A stretch of DNA of 64,000 nt from Cyanophora paradoxa CCMP329 (GCA_004431415.1 QPMI01000605.1:1-64000); one strand, 5' to 3'; numbered from the stretch's first letter, positions 1 to 14,434 are shown. Numbers and translations are program-made. Notes: generated by a model not told the origin, from the letters alone.

Positions 1-3000
1 ATGCGCACCTCCTCGTCGAGCGGTGCGCAGAGGAGTCCCTGCGCGCCGTTGCCGCCGATCCATGGTGCCCCGTGCCCCTTCTGCGCTCCTTCCGCCCCCT
101 CCCGTTGAACCCGGTACCCCAGGGACCGGGACGGGGACGGGGCGCTGGACGGGGGCGAGCCGGAGGCGCTGCCGGGGCAGCTGAGGGCCCTCCTCCCTGC
201 ACCGGCCGGCGGCGGGGGCGGCGCGGGGGCCCGGGACAAGGAGAAGGAGAAGGCCGCTGGGGAGGCCCTCGCGGCCCTCCTCCGGTGCGCAGCCGACCTC
301 CGCGGCGAGGTGCGCCCCTTCTTCCATCCCCCTCCCTCCCCGCTCCTCAAGCCGATGTCGGGTGGAGCGGCGGGGCAGGCGGCCGCTCCTCCGGCGCTTC
401 CAGGGGGCGCCCCGGGCCCGCGAGGACCAGTGGCCCCGCCCCGCGCCCGAGCCCTCCCTTCCCGTTCGCCGCTACTACCCATCCCCCCCCTTACCCAGCC
501 GAACGTGTACCCAGCTGGAGGACGCGCTGGCGCCGGCCCCGCGCTCGGCGGTGCACGCGGCGGCGGCGCTGTACGGCCCCTGCGCGCGCCGGCCGCCAAG
601 GCGAGCTGGCCCCTGCTCGCCCGCTACCAGGCGACCCGAGCGCGAGTGGCCGGCGGGGTGCCGGGACGCTGCCGGGGCCGTCCCCAAGCTGAGGCGACCA
701 CCTCCGCACCATTCGCGCTCAAGTGCCGTCCGAGAACAGCTTTGGGAGAACAACTAGCTCCGAGTGCCGCCCCGAACACAGATAGGAGCCAGCCTGTCCG
801 CCGTCTGGAGCTCGTCCTCTTGCAGTCACGCGCCATGAGAAGGTGAGAACCGCCCTACGCATATACAACCGCAGCTGCTTACTGCGACCTGCCGCAGTTC
901 CGCGTATTCGGGCCTTAGCGCAGACGACCTGCGCGGAGAGACTCTATCAGTGACAAGTCGATGTGGACCACTCAATCTTAACGAGGCCACACTGGAAGAA
1001 TGGACGCGCGCATCCGCCCTATAGTTGAGCGCAAGCTCAAGACAGCGGAGAAGAAGAAAGAAAGTGAGCCCGCGAGACAGCGCTGCACACTTCTCGCTCA
1101 CTAATCGCGCTACAGAACAACCGAAAACAGGCTGGAGACCCAGGAAACCAAAGGAGCCGAGTGCAGACAGCGGTACGCCCACACCCGGGCCGCGCGCTGC
1201 CGAATCTGACGCAATGGCAACTGACGGCTCACGAAAGGCTCAACTCGCTCCCCCGTCCCAGCAAGTCCGCCTCAGCGGGCCGAGCAGCGCGCCATGAAAG
1301 CCTCATGCACGGTGCGCGCGCACAGCGAGTTATGATACATGTAGTCGCACATCTGATACCTGTGTAGGCAAAGCGGGCAACCCGCGGCGCCGGCGCCTCG
1401 CCGAACGCGCAAGCGAAGGCCTGGCGACGCTCAGGACCAAGTCCACGCCCGCGTCACTCCTCGTCGTACAGGGCGGAGTTCTACATAGACGACGTGGAGC
1501 ATGACGAAGAAGCACATGACGGACCCGAGGCAGCACCTGCTGTAGAGCTGTGTCAGGCGCGGGCGATCGGTTTCTTGCTGACTCGGCCAAGACGAGCACT
1601 TTCGCGCATCACGCACGTACAGATCGCCCTCAAGTCAAAGGACGACCAACTGAAGCTCTTCGGAGTGCACGATGCGACCATCCTTCGTCGTCAGAGTGTA
1701 CCCCCCATTAGTTAAAGGGGACACTCTCTAGGTTTCATGGACCTGCGTCCGTACACAGATTGGCCAACCAGTTGAAACACGCACTCTAAGGAGCCCGAGT
1801 GGCAGAAATCCTTGTTCAATCACGAATAATGATTGTAGACAAGCTCTGTAGGTCGGCGCCGCCGTCGGCGATGCACGAGCTCCACCCGGTCGATGTCCGA
1901 AAGGCTTAGTCCGTAGGTTCATCTCTCGACTGACACAGATGGACACCTCAGTTATACCTCTAGCATTGTCTCGGTGTGTGCGAATTCATTGATATGTCGG
2001 GCGGACGCGCGCTGGCACCGTAACGGTCACCTGGAACCGATGGCCGAAAGACTGAGGGGGTACAGGTCATGTTTGACCTTTGACTTAACAGAAGCGATGA
2101 CACGCAGAAGAAGAAGAATGAATCGAAGCTCCGCGCCGGCCGCGGATCCCGGACCGTGGCGCGCGCGGGGGCGGGGCCACATGACCAGGGTACAAGGATC
2201 GACTCAGCTCGAGCTGCGCAGGAGCTCGAGCTGCAGCTGCAGCGCTCAGTGCGCATGCTGCGTGCGTAGCCTGCAGCTAGCGCTAGCTATAGGTGGCACG
2301 TTCGCGCGCGCGCGTTCCGCGATGTGTCCCGCATGCGCACGGCGACGCCAGCACCAGCGCAGCGATAGCGGCCCGTGCGCGCGTGGCCAGCCGCGGCGCC
2401 GACGTTCGTCCTCAGTCATGATGAGCGCCATCGCGCGCCGCAATGGTCGGCCCAGCCAGCATGGCCGTGCGCGCCGCGGAACTGTTCGCCCGCGGCAGCA
2501 GCCGCGAGCTAGCGCTCGCGCTGTTGCGGCAGCTCTGCCAGCCTTGCATGCGGAACCGACTACGAAGCAGACCCGCCAGCCTCGGAATGGCCCCTGCCCC
2601 TCATATGCCCTTACTCGAGCAGGTGTGTGCGCAGTGAATATTTGCAATTGTAGCGATTCAGTTTGTACACGCGATACAGTCACAGAATATAATTATCGCT
2701 TGCAAATTCGAATATTAATTCGTTTTCAATAAGCTCAGCAGTGAGTGGGGGCGTTGCGCAGAACAAGGTGCAGATCGACTGGCGGACCTTCCAGACGCAG
2801 AGGAGGCTGAAGTGCTGAAGTCCCTCACTCTCATGGAGAAGCGCATCATCTGTTGCACTCAGTGTTTCATTGTCGACTTGAGACACTGAATTCCCTTTAA
2901 ATAATGCCCGCAGTGTTTTACTGTCGCCGCTCGCAGCACACATATTACTGCGACACCGCGGCGGAAGAAGGGCAGCACGGCGGCGGAATGAAGGTCGTTT

Positions 3001-4071
3001 CGCGCCCACGAACGTGGAGGATGTCTGCTGGTTCGTGATCAGTTCTGCATATTCCGATGTGTATTCCCCCTTATAATAACTTGCAAATTAGGTACGGTTG
3101 AATCCTCTACCCGAACCCGTAAAGAAGTTATTTTGCAATATAGAGAAGCCGCGGGGCGCGCAACCCAGTTCTACATCGTCGCCCTCACGTTGTGTACTTG
3201 GCACTTCGATGGCTTTGCAAGTACAATACTGGTACAACGGAACGCGCCTCACGGTCTATTCGCTGCCGGGCGAACACCTGAAGAGATTAAAGCTTATGTA
3301 CGGGACTGGTGCAATCATGATCAGCACGGCGGACTGTATTGTGGTATTATTGAATTTTAATTCGCTTAATACTTGTTTGTCTTACCCGTGCTGCGACTTT
3401 AGCTCCTGGGGACGAGGGGCGGACCCAGCAGATTTTCAGCGCCTTGTTGAGGCCATAGAGCGGGAGGAGCACGAGCGCGAAGAATGTGAGCAGCAGGAGC
3501 GAGAGCGCTTCAAGGCCGATGCAACCAACAGCCCACCTGTACCTATGCCGACGCCCCCGACGTCGAGTGTGATGGCCGACCTGCACCTGCCGCCATGAGC
3601 TCGAGCAGGAACGGCACTGCGGCCCTCCCCCACATGACGAGGGTGACAAGCCTGCTCCCGACTGCACCTGTGTCGAGGAAGATGCGGAGGCACTGGAGGG
3701 TTGGCCGATGGAGCCTGATCAAGTGCGCCGAGTCCTCTCGGCTGTCATCGGCGCCCCTGTCCTGCAGCCCCGTCAGCCATTCCGCACTTCTGAAGATGGC
3801 AAACGAGAGGCGCGCACCATTCCCTCTACCAACACGAAGCTGCTGAAGGACGAGGAAGAGCAAGGAGAGCCATGTGGATTCGTGTGGCTGCACCCACTAG
3901 GTAATTATCTAAACCGTGGACAACTTTCAATTGAGCGACTCACGGACGTGCATGCAGGCGACACGGCCTTCTTCTGTCCACGTCCGTTCGCATCACCATC
4001 CACGAATACTGCAAGTACCACATGTATGCCAACGTGCGTACTGCCAGACGTTATCCTATTAGCCCTGCCAA

Positions 4072-7000
4072 TTTCGGGCGAAGCCTCTTCGGGCGAAGCC
4101 TCTTCGGGCGAAGCCTCTTCCGAATGTCAATGGTGAACGGCGGATCTATTTTTTTCCACTCGAGTCCGATTGGTCCGAGCGTCCAGAGTCGCAACCTCCG
4201 CAATGAAGGCGAACGGTCTCCGACGTGACACAGTAGAACTGACAGGCGGCAACCTCCACTGATTTATTTTCGCAGTCATAGCTCCCTAAAATTCCGCCCG
4301 TGAGCGTCGCGCGAAAATCGCATTTCCCTCACGGATCAATTCCGGTATTTATACCCCGGCTCGATCGCGAAACCCAAAAAGTGGAACCGGTCCCGCCCGG
4401 TCCCGCGACGAAAGGCCGCCATAGACGCCCCAGAGCGATGCAGAGTTACAGATTAGGGCGCGCACATCACCATGAGCTCGATTTCGGCCGCCGTCGATGC
4501 TCCAGTGCGAAGAGTCGGCCGAAATTTCGACCCAGCCGATCCCGCCCGGTCCCACGACGCGCGCAATCGATGCGTTCTCGCGCGCATAGACATAGCACGG
4601 CCTGCGCACTCCAGGAATCCGCTTCTCGGAGCCGGAACAGTGCAGGAAGGTACCCAGCGGCAAAAATTCGATCCTGCACAGTCCCGGGCAACTTTCCGCG
4701 CGCCGACGCCGCGGCGCATGCGCGGAACAATAGCATATGCATTCGAGATGTAGACGAAGCCTTTTGCACGGGCTCCAAATGCGCCGGGCCGCGAGGACCC
4801 AGCCGACCCGAAAATTCGATCCTGCACGAACCTGCACATCTTTTCGCGCGCCCTCGCAGCCCCACGCATGCCATCGCTACAGTATTCATTTAACATCTTT
4901 TCAAAGCCTTCTCCAAGCTCTGCGGACGCGACGAAGCACGAGAACCCAGTCGACACGAAAATTTCGATCCTGGACAGGCCTGCATGTATTTCCGCGCGCC
5001 TCGCCTCCGCAGCCCTGGACATGTACATCGATCATGTATGTATCCGAGAATCTGTTTAAACGATTCATAAGCTCTGTGCATGCGCCTGGCCGCGAGAACC
5101 TCGCCCCTTCCCTCAACAATCTTCTCTCAATTTCCTCAGGGCCTCGAGCTCAACTACAGCTAGCTATAGCTGATTGGCAGGACCACTCCTCCCCTCATTA
5201 TATTCTCTCTCAGCTGCACCAATTCTCCGTATTACAGAATTATATTCTCTCAGGACAACTCCTGTCAGGCCCGCCACTGAGAGCCACGACAGCACACGAT
5301 CGCGATAAATAAGGGGACCAGGACGGGGACCGCGGCGATAAATAAGGGGACCAGGACGGGGACCGCAGCGACTCATGATTTAAATAGGGCATGGCGAGGG
5401 GCGGGCCGCGACGGGTCGCGATGCAAAAGGGGGGCGCAAAGGGGGCGGCAAGGGCTTCGCCCGATGTTTGGGACCCGCAGGGGCCCAGGGCTTGTCCGTA
5501 GGTCGATGGTGAACGGCCCCATCTATTTTTTTTCCACCGCTCTATGATTCGTCCGAGCGTCCAGATTCGCAACCTCCGCAAGGCGAACGGTCTCCGACGT
5601 CACACAGTAGAACTTTCGGGCGGCCAACCTCCACTGATTTATTTTCGGAGTCATAGCTCCCCTAGAATTTGCTCAAGACGACCGCTCTCCCATTGGCGTC
5701 GCGCGAAAATCGCATTTCCATGACGGATCGATTCCGGTATTTATACCACGGTTCGATCGCGAAACTCCAAAAAGTGGGACCCGGTCCCGCCCAAACCCGC
5801 GACGAAAGCCCGCCACAGACGCCCCAGAGCAATGCCGAATGACAGAGCAGGGCGCGCGCACCGCTGCAAGCTCGATTTCGGGCGCCGTCGACGCTCCAGT
5901 CCGAAGAGTCGGCCGAAATTTTGATCCATTCGGTTCCGTCCGGTCCCCCGGCGCGCGCAATCGATGCGTACTGGCGCGCATAGACATAGGAGGGCCTGCG
6001 CACTCCAGATATCCGCTTTTCGGAGCCGGAACAGCGCAGCAAGGTGCCGGCGGCAAACATTCGATCCTGCCCAGCCCGGACATCTTTCCCGCGCCCACGC
6101 CGCGGCGCATGCGCAGAACAATAGTATAAGCATTTGAGATGTAGACGAAGCCTTTTGCACGCTTTACAGATGCGCCGGACCGCGAGGACCCAGCCGACCC
6201 CCAAAATTCGATCCTCGACGGGCCTGAGCATCTTTCCGCGCGCCCTCGCGTCCTCACCCATGCCCATCGCTACAGTATTTATTGAACATCATTTCAAAGC
6301 GTTTCGCAAGCTGTGCGGATGCGACGGAGCACGAGAACCCAGCCGACGCCAAATTTTCGATCCTGGACAGGCCTGCATGTATTTTCGCGCGCCCTCGCCT
6401 CCGTAGCCCTGCACATCGATAGAGAGCGCATTCGAGATTCTGTTTAAGCGATTCACAAGCTCTACGCATGCGCCTGGCCGCGAGATTCTCCATCCTCCCT
6501 CAACACTCTCCTGTCAATTTCCTCAGCGCCTCCAGGTCGACTACAGCTAGCTGATTGGCAGCACCATCCCTCCCCTCATTATATTCTCTCAGCCCCAGCA
6601 ATATTAATTCAATGATTCCCCTAACTACATAATTATATTCTCTGAGCACGTACAACTCCTCTCAGGACAACTCCTCCCGAATTATATTCCCTCTCAGGAT
6701 CCCTCCCCTCCCTTTAATTTCATCGCCCCGCCAGGCCCCACCCTACCCCCCACTGGGCCACCCGGCCCAGCCACAGCCAGGACGGCCCGCGATAAATAAG
6801 GGGACCGGGACGGGGACCGCGGCGACTCATGAAATAAATACGGGTGGGGCCGCGACGGGCCGCGAAGAACAAGGGGGACGCCAAGGGGGCGGCAAGGGCT
6901 TCGCCCGATGTTTGGGACCCGCAGCCCAGGGCTTGTCGGGCGAAGCCTCTTCAGGCGAAGCCTCTTTCAGGCGAAGCCTCTTTCAGGCGAAGCCTCTTTC

Positions 7001-10000
7001 TCAAAACCAAAAACCGCCGACCCATATTCCTTTTTTAACCTTTTTTTCCACTCGAGATCCCCCCTGCCAAATAATTTCCGTATCGCACTCCCTCGAGGCA
7101 GAATTATTAATTCTGCCTCGACACGGACGCGATTGCCGCTAGTCACTCAGCCACCCGAACCCCCACAGACCTCTCTAGATCCATTTTTAGCGTCCTGGCT
7201 CCGCTAAGACGACCGCTCGCCCGTGGGCGTCGCGCGAAATCGAATTTCCCTCTGGATCAATTCCGGTACTTAACCTCCGACAAATGCAGTCCGAGTCAGA
7301 AGGTGGGACCCGGTCCCGCCCGGTCCCGCGACGAAATCGCGCCAGAGAGACCCCAGAACGATAAAGAATGACGCGCGACGGCGAGCGCATCGCCGCAAGC
7401 TCGATTTCAAGCGCCGTCGGCGCTCCAGTGCGAACAGTCGGCCGAAAATTTGATCCGGCCGGTTCCGCCCGGTCCCGCGACGCGCGCAATCGATGCGTAC
7501 TAGCGCGCATAGACATAGCAGCGCCTCCGCACCCCCGAAATCCGCTTTTCGGAGCCGGAATAGCGCAAGAAGGTACCGGACATCAAAAATTCGATCCTTC
7601 ACAGGCCTGGACGTCGACATCTTTCCGCGCGCCAACGCCGCGGCGCATGCGCGGAGCAATAGTATAAGCATTTGAGATGTAGAAGAAGCCTTCCGCACGC
7701 TTTGCGTATGCGCCGGGCCGCGAGGACCCAGCCCACCCCGAAAATTCGATCCTGGACGGACCTGCACAACTTTCCGCGCGCCCTCGCACCCTCACGCGAG
7801 CGCATCGCTACAATTTTCAGTTGACTTCTTTTAAAGCTTTTCGCAAGCTCTGCAGGCGCGACAGGGCGCGAGAACCCAGCCGACGCAAAAATTCGATCCT
7901 GAACGGGCCTGCACAGCTTTCCGCGCGCCCGCGCCGCGGCGCATGCACGGAACAATAGTATAAGCATTTGAGATGTAGAAGAAGACTTCCGCACGCTTTG
8001 CGTATGCGCCGGGCCGCGAGGACCAGCCCACCCCGAAAAGTCGATCCTGGACGGACATGTGCATCTTTCCGCGCGCCCTCGCATCCCCACGCATGCCCAT
8101 CGCTACAGTATTCATTTGAGATCTAAACGAAGACTTCCGCGACCTCTGTGGCCGCGACAAAGCACGAAAACCCAACCGACGCCAAATTTGCGATCCTGGA
8201 CAGACCTGCACATATTTCTGCGCGCCCTCGCCTCCGCAGCCCTGCACATCGGTGCTATATGCGTTCGAGATTCTGTTTAAGCGATTCGCAAGCTCTGTGC
8301 ATGCGCCTGGCCGCGAGAACCTCGCCCCTCCCGGGCCTCCTTCCCAACAATATTATATAATTAATCTCCTCTCAATCTGCTCCACCCTTTATTTCCTCAG
8401 TACATTAATATTCCTCTAGCCGGCCAGCGCTAGCTGGACTGGCCGTCAGCCAGCCAGCTTCCGAGTCCAGCCAGAAAGCTGTTCGCGATCGGCCAGGCCG
8501 CTGGCCAGTGCCCTATAGGCCTACTGTGCCAGCCGCGAGGGCGTCCGCGAGGCTTCGCCGTACTTAGTGCTCCGCAGGAGCACGGATCTTGTCTCAAACC
8601 CAAAAACCGACGATCTAAATTCCTTTTTTAACCTTTTTTTCCACTCGAGATCCCCCCTGCTAAATAATTTCCGTATCGCACTCCCTCGAGGACGAATTAT
8701 TAATTCTGCCTCGACACGGACGCGATTGCTGCTGGTAACACAGCTCCCCGAACCCCCACAGACCTCTCTAGATCCATTTGTAACGTCGTGGCTCCCCTAA
8801 GACGACCGCTCCCCCGTGGGCGTCGGGCGAATATTCAATTTTCCTCTGGATCAATTCCGGTACTTAACCTCCGACAAACACAGTCCAGGTCAGAAGGTGG
8901 GACCCGGTCCCGCCCGGTCCCGCGACGAAACCGCGCCAGGGACGCCCCAGAACGAAACAGAATGACGCGCGAGGGCGAACGCATCGCCGCAAGATCGATT
9001 TCGGGCGCTGTCGACGCTCCAGTGCGAAGAGTCGGCCGAAAATTTGATCCGGCCGGTCCGGCCCGGTCCCGCGACGCGCGCGATCGATGCGTACTGGCGC
9101 GCATAGACATAGCAGGGCCTGCGCACCCCCGAAATCCGCTTTTCGGAGCCGGAATAGTGCAGGAAGGTACCCGACGGCAAAAATTCGATCCTGAACAGGC
9201 CCGGACATCTTTCCGCGCGCCCACGCCGCGGCGCATGCGCGGAACAATAGCATAAGCATTTGAGATGTAGAAGAAGACTTCCGCACGGTCTCTAAATGCA
9301 CCAGGCCGCGAGGACCCACCAACTATGAAAATTCGGTCCTCTTCGGACCTGAACAACTTTCCGCGCGCCCTCGCGTTCTCGCGCATGCGCATCGCTACAA
9401 TATTCATTTGAGATTTTATCAAAGCCTTCCACAAGCTTCGAAGACGCGAAAGAGCACCAGAACCCAGCCGACGTCGAAAATTCGATCCTGCACGGGCCCG
9501 GACATCTTTCGGCGCGCCCACGCCGCGGCCTATGCGCGGAACAATAGCATAAGCATGTGAGATGTAGAGCAAGCGTTTCGCACGCTTTACAGATGTGCCG
9601 GGCCGCGAGGACCCAGCCAACCCGAAAATTCGATCCTGGACGGACCTGAACATCTTTCCGCGCGCCCTCGCGCCCTCATGCATGCGCATCCCCAGTATAT
9701 TCATTTGAGATCTTTTAAAAGCCTTTCGCAAGGTCTGTGGACGCAACAGGGCGCGAGAACCCAGCCGACGCAAAAATTCGATCCTGGCCAGGCCAGCACA
9801 TATTTCCGCGCGCCCACGCCGCGGCGCATGCGCGGAACAATAGCATACGCATTTGAGATGTAGAAGAAGCGTTCCGCATGCTTTGCAGATGCGCCAGGCC
9901 GCGAGGATCCAGCCGACCCCGAAAATTCGATCCTTCACGGACCTGGAGACCTTTCCGCGCGCCCTCGTGTCCTCACCCATGCCCATCGCTACAGTATTCC

Positions 10001-10217
10001 TTTGAGACCTCTACAAAGCCTTTAGCAATGTCTTTATGATTTGTAGAATACAACCAACGATAAATGAATGCCGCATCCTCACCCATGCATGCCCATCGCT
10101 ACAGTATTCACTTCAGATCTTTTTAAAGGTTTTCGCGAGGTCTGCGGGCGCGACAGGGCACGAGAACCGAGCCGTATGCATTCGAGGTTCTGTTTAAGCG
10201 ATTCGTAAGCTCTGCAG
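4072..10217. repeat. Complex GC-rich tandem repeat array (units ~1.2-1.5 kb built from shuffled sub-modules)
   Basis: Recurring blocks such as GCGAAGCCTCTTC, AAAATTCGATCCT, GGGACCCGGTCCCGCCC and CTCAAACCCAAAAACCGACGA. Same family and orientation as 51990-64000. The many ORFs here are spurious translations of the repeat. Confidence 0.85.
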
Positions 10218-11902
10218 AATGACGTCAAGTGGCACACGCCGAACCTGCACACCTTCCTCAGCTACTTCACGGCTCACGTCCTGCCCTCGTCGATGCGGCA
10301 CCTGGCGGATCCAGAACTTGGCCAAATCCTCAACTGGTTTCGAGACGGGGATCCGGACCACGTCGACGACGTCTACCACTACCTTCTCCGCCGGTGCCTG
10401 GACCTCAACAACGATCTCGGCGACGACAACGAGAATGCCATCCACAACACGCTGACCAAGAACCAAGACCCCACGTGGGACGAAGCGTACCACATGTTCC
10501 TCACGAACAAGCTCGCAGAGCAGCACAACGACGCGATGATCCGACGGCACCACGCCCAGTACCGCGACCCTGTCCTCAAGATCGGCGCCAAGGACACGCA
10601 TCCGCGCGAGCACATCAAGAAGTGCGAGAGCGTGGACGCGTACGGCGAGAGGATCCCATGCACGAACGAGTAAGGAAGCATCCCCCACAAGGTCATGGTG
10701 ACGGGGGGCATCAAGGTCATGCTTAGACAGAACCGCGACACAGACGACGGCCTCGTCAACGGCGCCATCGGACTGCTTGCCGGTTACAAATGGCGAGACC
10801 ACACGGAGACGCCCGACTACATCAGTCAGCACGCGACGGAGTTCACACCGGACACGCCGCTCGTGCTCGAACACGCTGCACCGGATCTCGTCCAGCACGA
10901 GCTCGACACTGCGGACCGTGGCCCCAAGCCCGAGCCGGAACCCGAACCCGAACCCGAGCCCGAGCCAGGACCTTCAGACCGGAAGAAGAGCAAGCCAAAG
11001 GTCAGCAAGGACAACATTGTACGGGCCGCAGTGGCAGCGACGAGGCAGAAGAAACAGAGCATAGAGGCGAAGGTGGAGCAGCTCCCGCATCCGCACCTCA
11101 TGCCCCCCATGACGTACTACATCTACTTCCACGATGACCGCGTCGGCCGGCGTGCAATCACGGAACGCTGCCAGCTCCCCGACGGTCGAATCGTCGACGC
11201 CGTCGAAATCAACGTCGAGCCCAGAAATGCTGGTGAGCCGCTGCATTTGTCAGCACGATCGTGAATGCACACGCGCTTCCCTCTCGAGATTGACTACGGT
11301 CACGTTGCGCAGACCACGAGGACGAAATCGCTGGCGGGGCAGGAGGCACGCACAACGTCAGGATAGGACCGCCGTTCCGCGTCGCCTACGGCACGACGGT
11401 CTACAAGGCTCAAGGGCACACCCTGAAGCGCGCCATCGCCGACGTGCGGGGCATGAACAGCAGGGACTACACACACCGACAGCAGCTGTACGTCATGCTC
11501 AGCCGCCCGCGCGAGGGAGCGCACTTCTTCATCGCGAACGCCTCGCTCCTGCAACGGTACGAGCTGCTGCACGTGATTCAGAACGTCAACCCCGACCTGC
11601 AAGCCGCCATCAAGGACCAGAAGGCCGAGAGCGCAGAATTTGCGAGGCTCCGGCAAGACGATCCGGCAATGCACGCAACAATGTGGGGCCACAAGCTCCA
11701 GTACCTGCGCTGGATCGAGGACAGCACCGCGCCGCACGGTCAGCGACTCGTCAACGCCGTCCCCACGGAATGCGAGCCCGGCGACTGGGGCCAAGTCGAA
11801 CAGTTCCAGCGCGAGTTCGAGAAGGCGGAGGCCGATTTCAAGAACACGCGATTCGTCGACACGATGCCGAAGCGGGTTTCCGCGGCGGCACACAAGCGTT
11901 GA
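10218..11902 (+). pseudogene. Pif1-family (Helitron-type) helicase, C-terminal half, 5'-truncated
   Basis: Motifs MRHLADPELGQILNWFRDG, FLTNKLAEQHN, GGIKVMLRQNRDTDDGLVNGAIG, PFRVAYGTTVYKAQGHTL and QLYVMLSR. In-frame TAA at 10671-10673. A GT-AG intron at 11233-11312 joins ORF 10695 to ORF 11444 in frame. Confidence 0.8.
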
Positions 11903-12059
11903 GTGCGTTACTTCACGCACATGGTTTATTACAATAATGAGTGCAATTAACGTGTTTTCGTGCAGATCTAAAATAACGCCCTCCATCACCGGGACCTGGA
12001 TGTACATGCAGCCGGACTGCCCGCCGATGACCACCGCGTTCCTAGATAGATATTCGTCC

Positions 12060-12690
12060 AACCCACCCCCCGCTGCCTGGCGTCCTCCAGGCCACCCATC
12101 GTTAATAGCATCGTCAGCTTGCTTGCCGTCCCTCCCCTCCCGCCCCCCGCTGATCTCTCCATCTCTGTGCAGGCCGCCGCGCTGGTCAGTCGAAGCGGCC
12201 GGCGTCCGGCGCCTCCATCGAGTCGTTTTCCCCGTGAGCCTCCCGGCCCGCCCCCGCCCCCCGCGTTCCCTGCTGACTGGCGCCCTTCACGACTCCCGCC
12301 GTCCCTAGCCTCGTCAGCTCACCCGTGCGCCTTCCCCTCGAAGCGGCCGGCATCCCTGCCGCCCCCGCCACCTGCGTTCTTGGCCGACTGGCGCCCTCCA
12401 GGCCTGCCGTTGTCCCTAGCCTCGTCAGCTCGCCCGCCCGCCCTGCCCTCCCGTCTCGCGCCGATCCCCCCGCCTCTCCGCAGGCCGCCACGCTTGTCAG
12501 TCGAAGCGGCCAGCGTCCGGCGCCTCCATCGTGTCGTTTTCCCCGTGAGCCTTCCGGGCCGCCCCCGCCGCCCGCGCTCCGCGCTGACTGGCGCCCTTCA
12601 GGTCTCCCACCGTCCCTAGCCTCGTCAGCTCGCCCGCCCGCCCTGCCCCCGCCCCCCGCCGATCTCCCCGTTTCTCCCCGCCGATCCCTA
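12060..12690. repeat. GC-rich degenerate minisatellite
   Basis: Repeated GTCCCTAGCCTCGTCAGCTC, GACTGGCGCCCT and GTCAGTCGAAGCGGCC blocks. Confidence 0.7.
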
Positions 12691-13156
12691 AACGAGTTGT
12701 GCCATGAAGGGGACCTGGTCGTGTATACAACCTGGCTGCCCGCTCATACTCTCGAACTTTGTAGATAGCTTTCGAGCGTGCCCTTGCAGATTCAAGTTTG
12801 CTAGCCCTCAGTTACCGCAGATATAGCAAGCATGAATATTCGCAACCCTTTGCGTCGAACCAAACCCAATTGCGCAATATAAAATACAGGGCCATTTTTT
12901 ACACTACACGTATGTACAGAACGAATTGCACACCATGCACTCGACGTTGACACAAGCACTGCCACATTTATCAGCGCCAACGGATGCACCTAAACTACAT
13001 GGCCCTTTTTATTAAATTAAACTTCCATCGTCTCGCTCGCATGCAAAGTTGTCCAGAAAGATCCGGAAACATGCACGGCTCTGCAGCTTGCAATTAGAAT
13101 AAATAAACACATTCGAGTCGCAATAGAAAAGCGAATCTGGCCGGCAATTCACCTCT

Positions 13157-14009
13157 TCACTCCTGGCCCGCAATGAGGCCGGCGAGGCGGGCCGGCAGGA
13201 CGACGTTGTGCGCACGCATCCTGCTCCGAAATCGCGTAAATTCGAGAGCACTGCAGATCACAAAATTCAGCAGGCGCACTCGTCCGCAATCTCGCGGATC
13301 TCGTCGACGGTCAGCATGAACGCGCCAAACTCGAACGTGCTCACGTCAGTGACCAGGTACGAGACCGGGTGGCTGCCGCCCTGCGTGGCCGTGAACTGCA
13401 GCAGGGTCGCCCGGAAAGGCGTCCCCTCCGCCTGCGACGCAAAACAGTCACGGCGGCAGCGGAGACAGCGCGCACACGAGCACCCGCAACTCGGCGTTGA
13501 GCATGTCCGCCACCTCGCGGCCAGTTTTCGGCGGCTCCATCTGTCGGCCGACAGCAATGATAGCCTCGTCGTCCGGGCTCATGGCCCGCACGGCGAGGTC
13601 GCGGTCATCCCTGAAAGCAATACGCGATTCAGGCAGAGGAAAAATAGAAGTCTAACGCTCAATTGCAAGACGGTACCCGAAGACGTCCTTCGCGGCGATC
13701 TTGTCACCGTGGCCCGACGGCCCCATCAGCACGCCAGAGACGACTGCAAAGAAGGTCCGTCAGGAAAATGAAAACAAAAGGCCTCACGACTCTAGCACAC
13801 CGATCAGCGCCGGGTGCCGTATCTCCTTCGCGCCCGAGTGGAAAGTCTCGCCGGCGCGGAAGCCGTAAGGCACGTTCTCGCAGGTCCTGGCGCGGTGGAA
13901 CCGCGACAGAATGTCGATGGCCCCCTGCACCAAAAACAATACGTCAATTTCGCCCAAAAAATGAAATCTTCAAGCTTCTCACCTGTTCGATATCCGCGCG
14001 ACCGACGCT
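13157..14009 (-). pseudogene. 3' part of a spliced host gene of unknown function, interrupted by the PLV insertion
   Basis: Five short GT-AG introns (13925-13982, 13744-13800, 13611-13676, 13432-13483, 13221-13279) give a continuous frame ...SVGRADIEQ-GAIDILSRF...LIAGQE*. Confidence 0.7.
14004..14009. other. Left target-site duplication GACGCT
   Basis: Identical to 50204-50209 and abuts the first base of the PLV-A TIR. Could be 7 bp (GACGCTG) because the next base is shared with the TIR. Confidence 0.85.
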
Positions 14010-14389
14010 GGTCGGTCTGCAGTCAACCTCACAGTTAAAACCCCGCATTGCATAAATAGACCTCATCGATAATCAAAGCAATTTACGATCGATTCCTTAC
14101 CAATGCCCGATAGGAATCGTAAATTGCTCACTTTTCATCAACCCTCGATCAAAAACCATGACCCCCTACCTATGCCTCTCATATATATCTATCGACTTTA
14201 TTGATAAATCACATTTTCTCTCTTTACCCATGACCCCCTCCCTGTGGTTTTACTGTAAGATTCTATTGTATCTATACAGAAAAAAGGATATACTATATCT
14301 TTTTTTAACGATAGATCTATCTTGGGGATATCGAACAGTATTCGATATTCTAACAGTAGATCCATTGTTGAAAAACAAAGGAATCCTTT
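14010..14389 (+). repeat. PLV-A left terminal inverted repeat (380 bp)
   Basis: GGTCGGTCTGCAGTCAACC...GGAATCCTTT is the reverse complement of 38517-38896. Confidence 0.95.
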
Positions 14390-14434
14390 ATTTCGTAAAA
14401 AATGACAAGAATTTAACAATCAAATACAGTAACG

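Noticed and set aside
1-4070. GC-rich ORFs and possible spliced host or transposon exons (e.g. 3098-3598, 3708-4136)
   Set aside because: No recognisable domain and no exon structure I can support.
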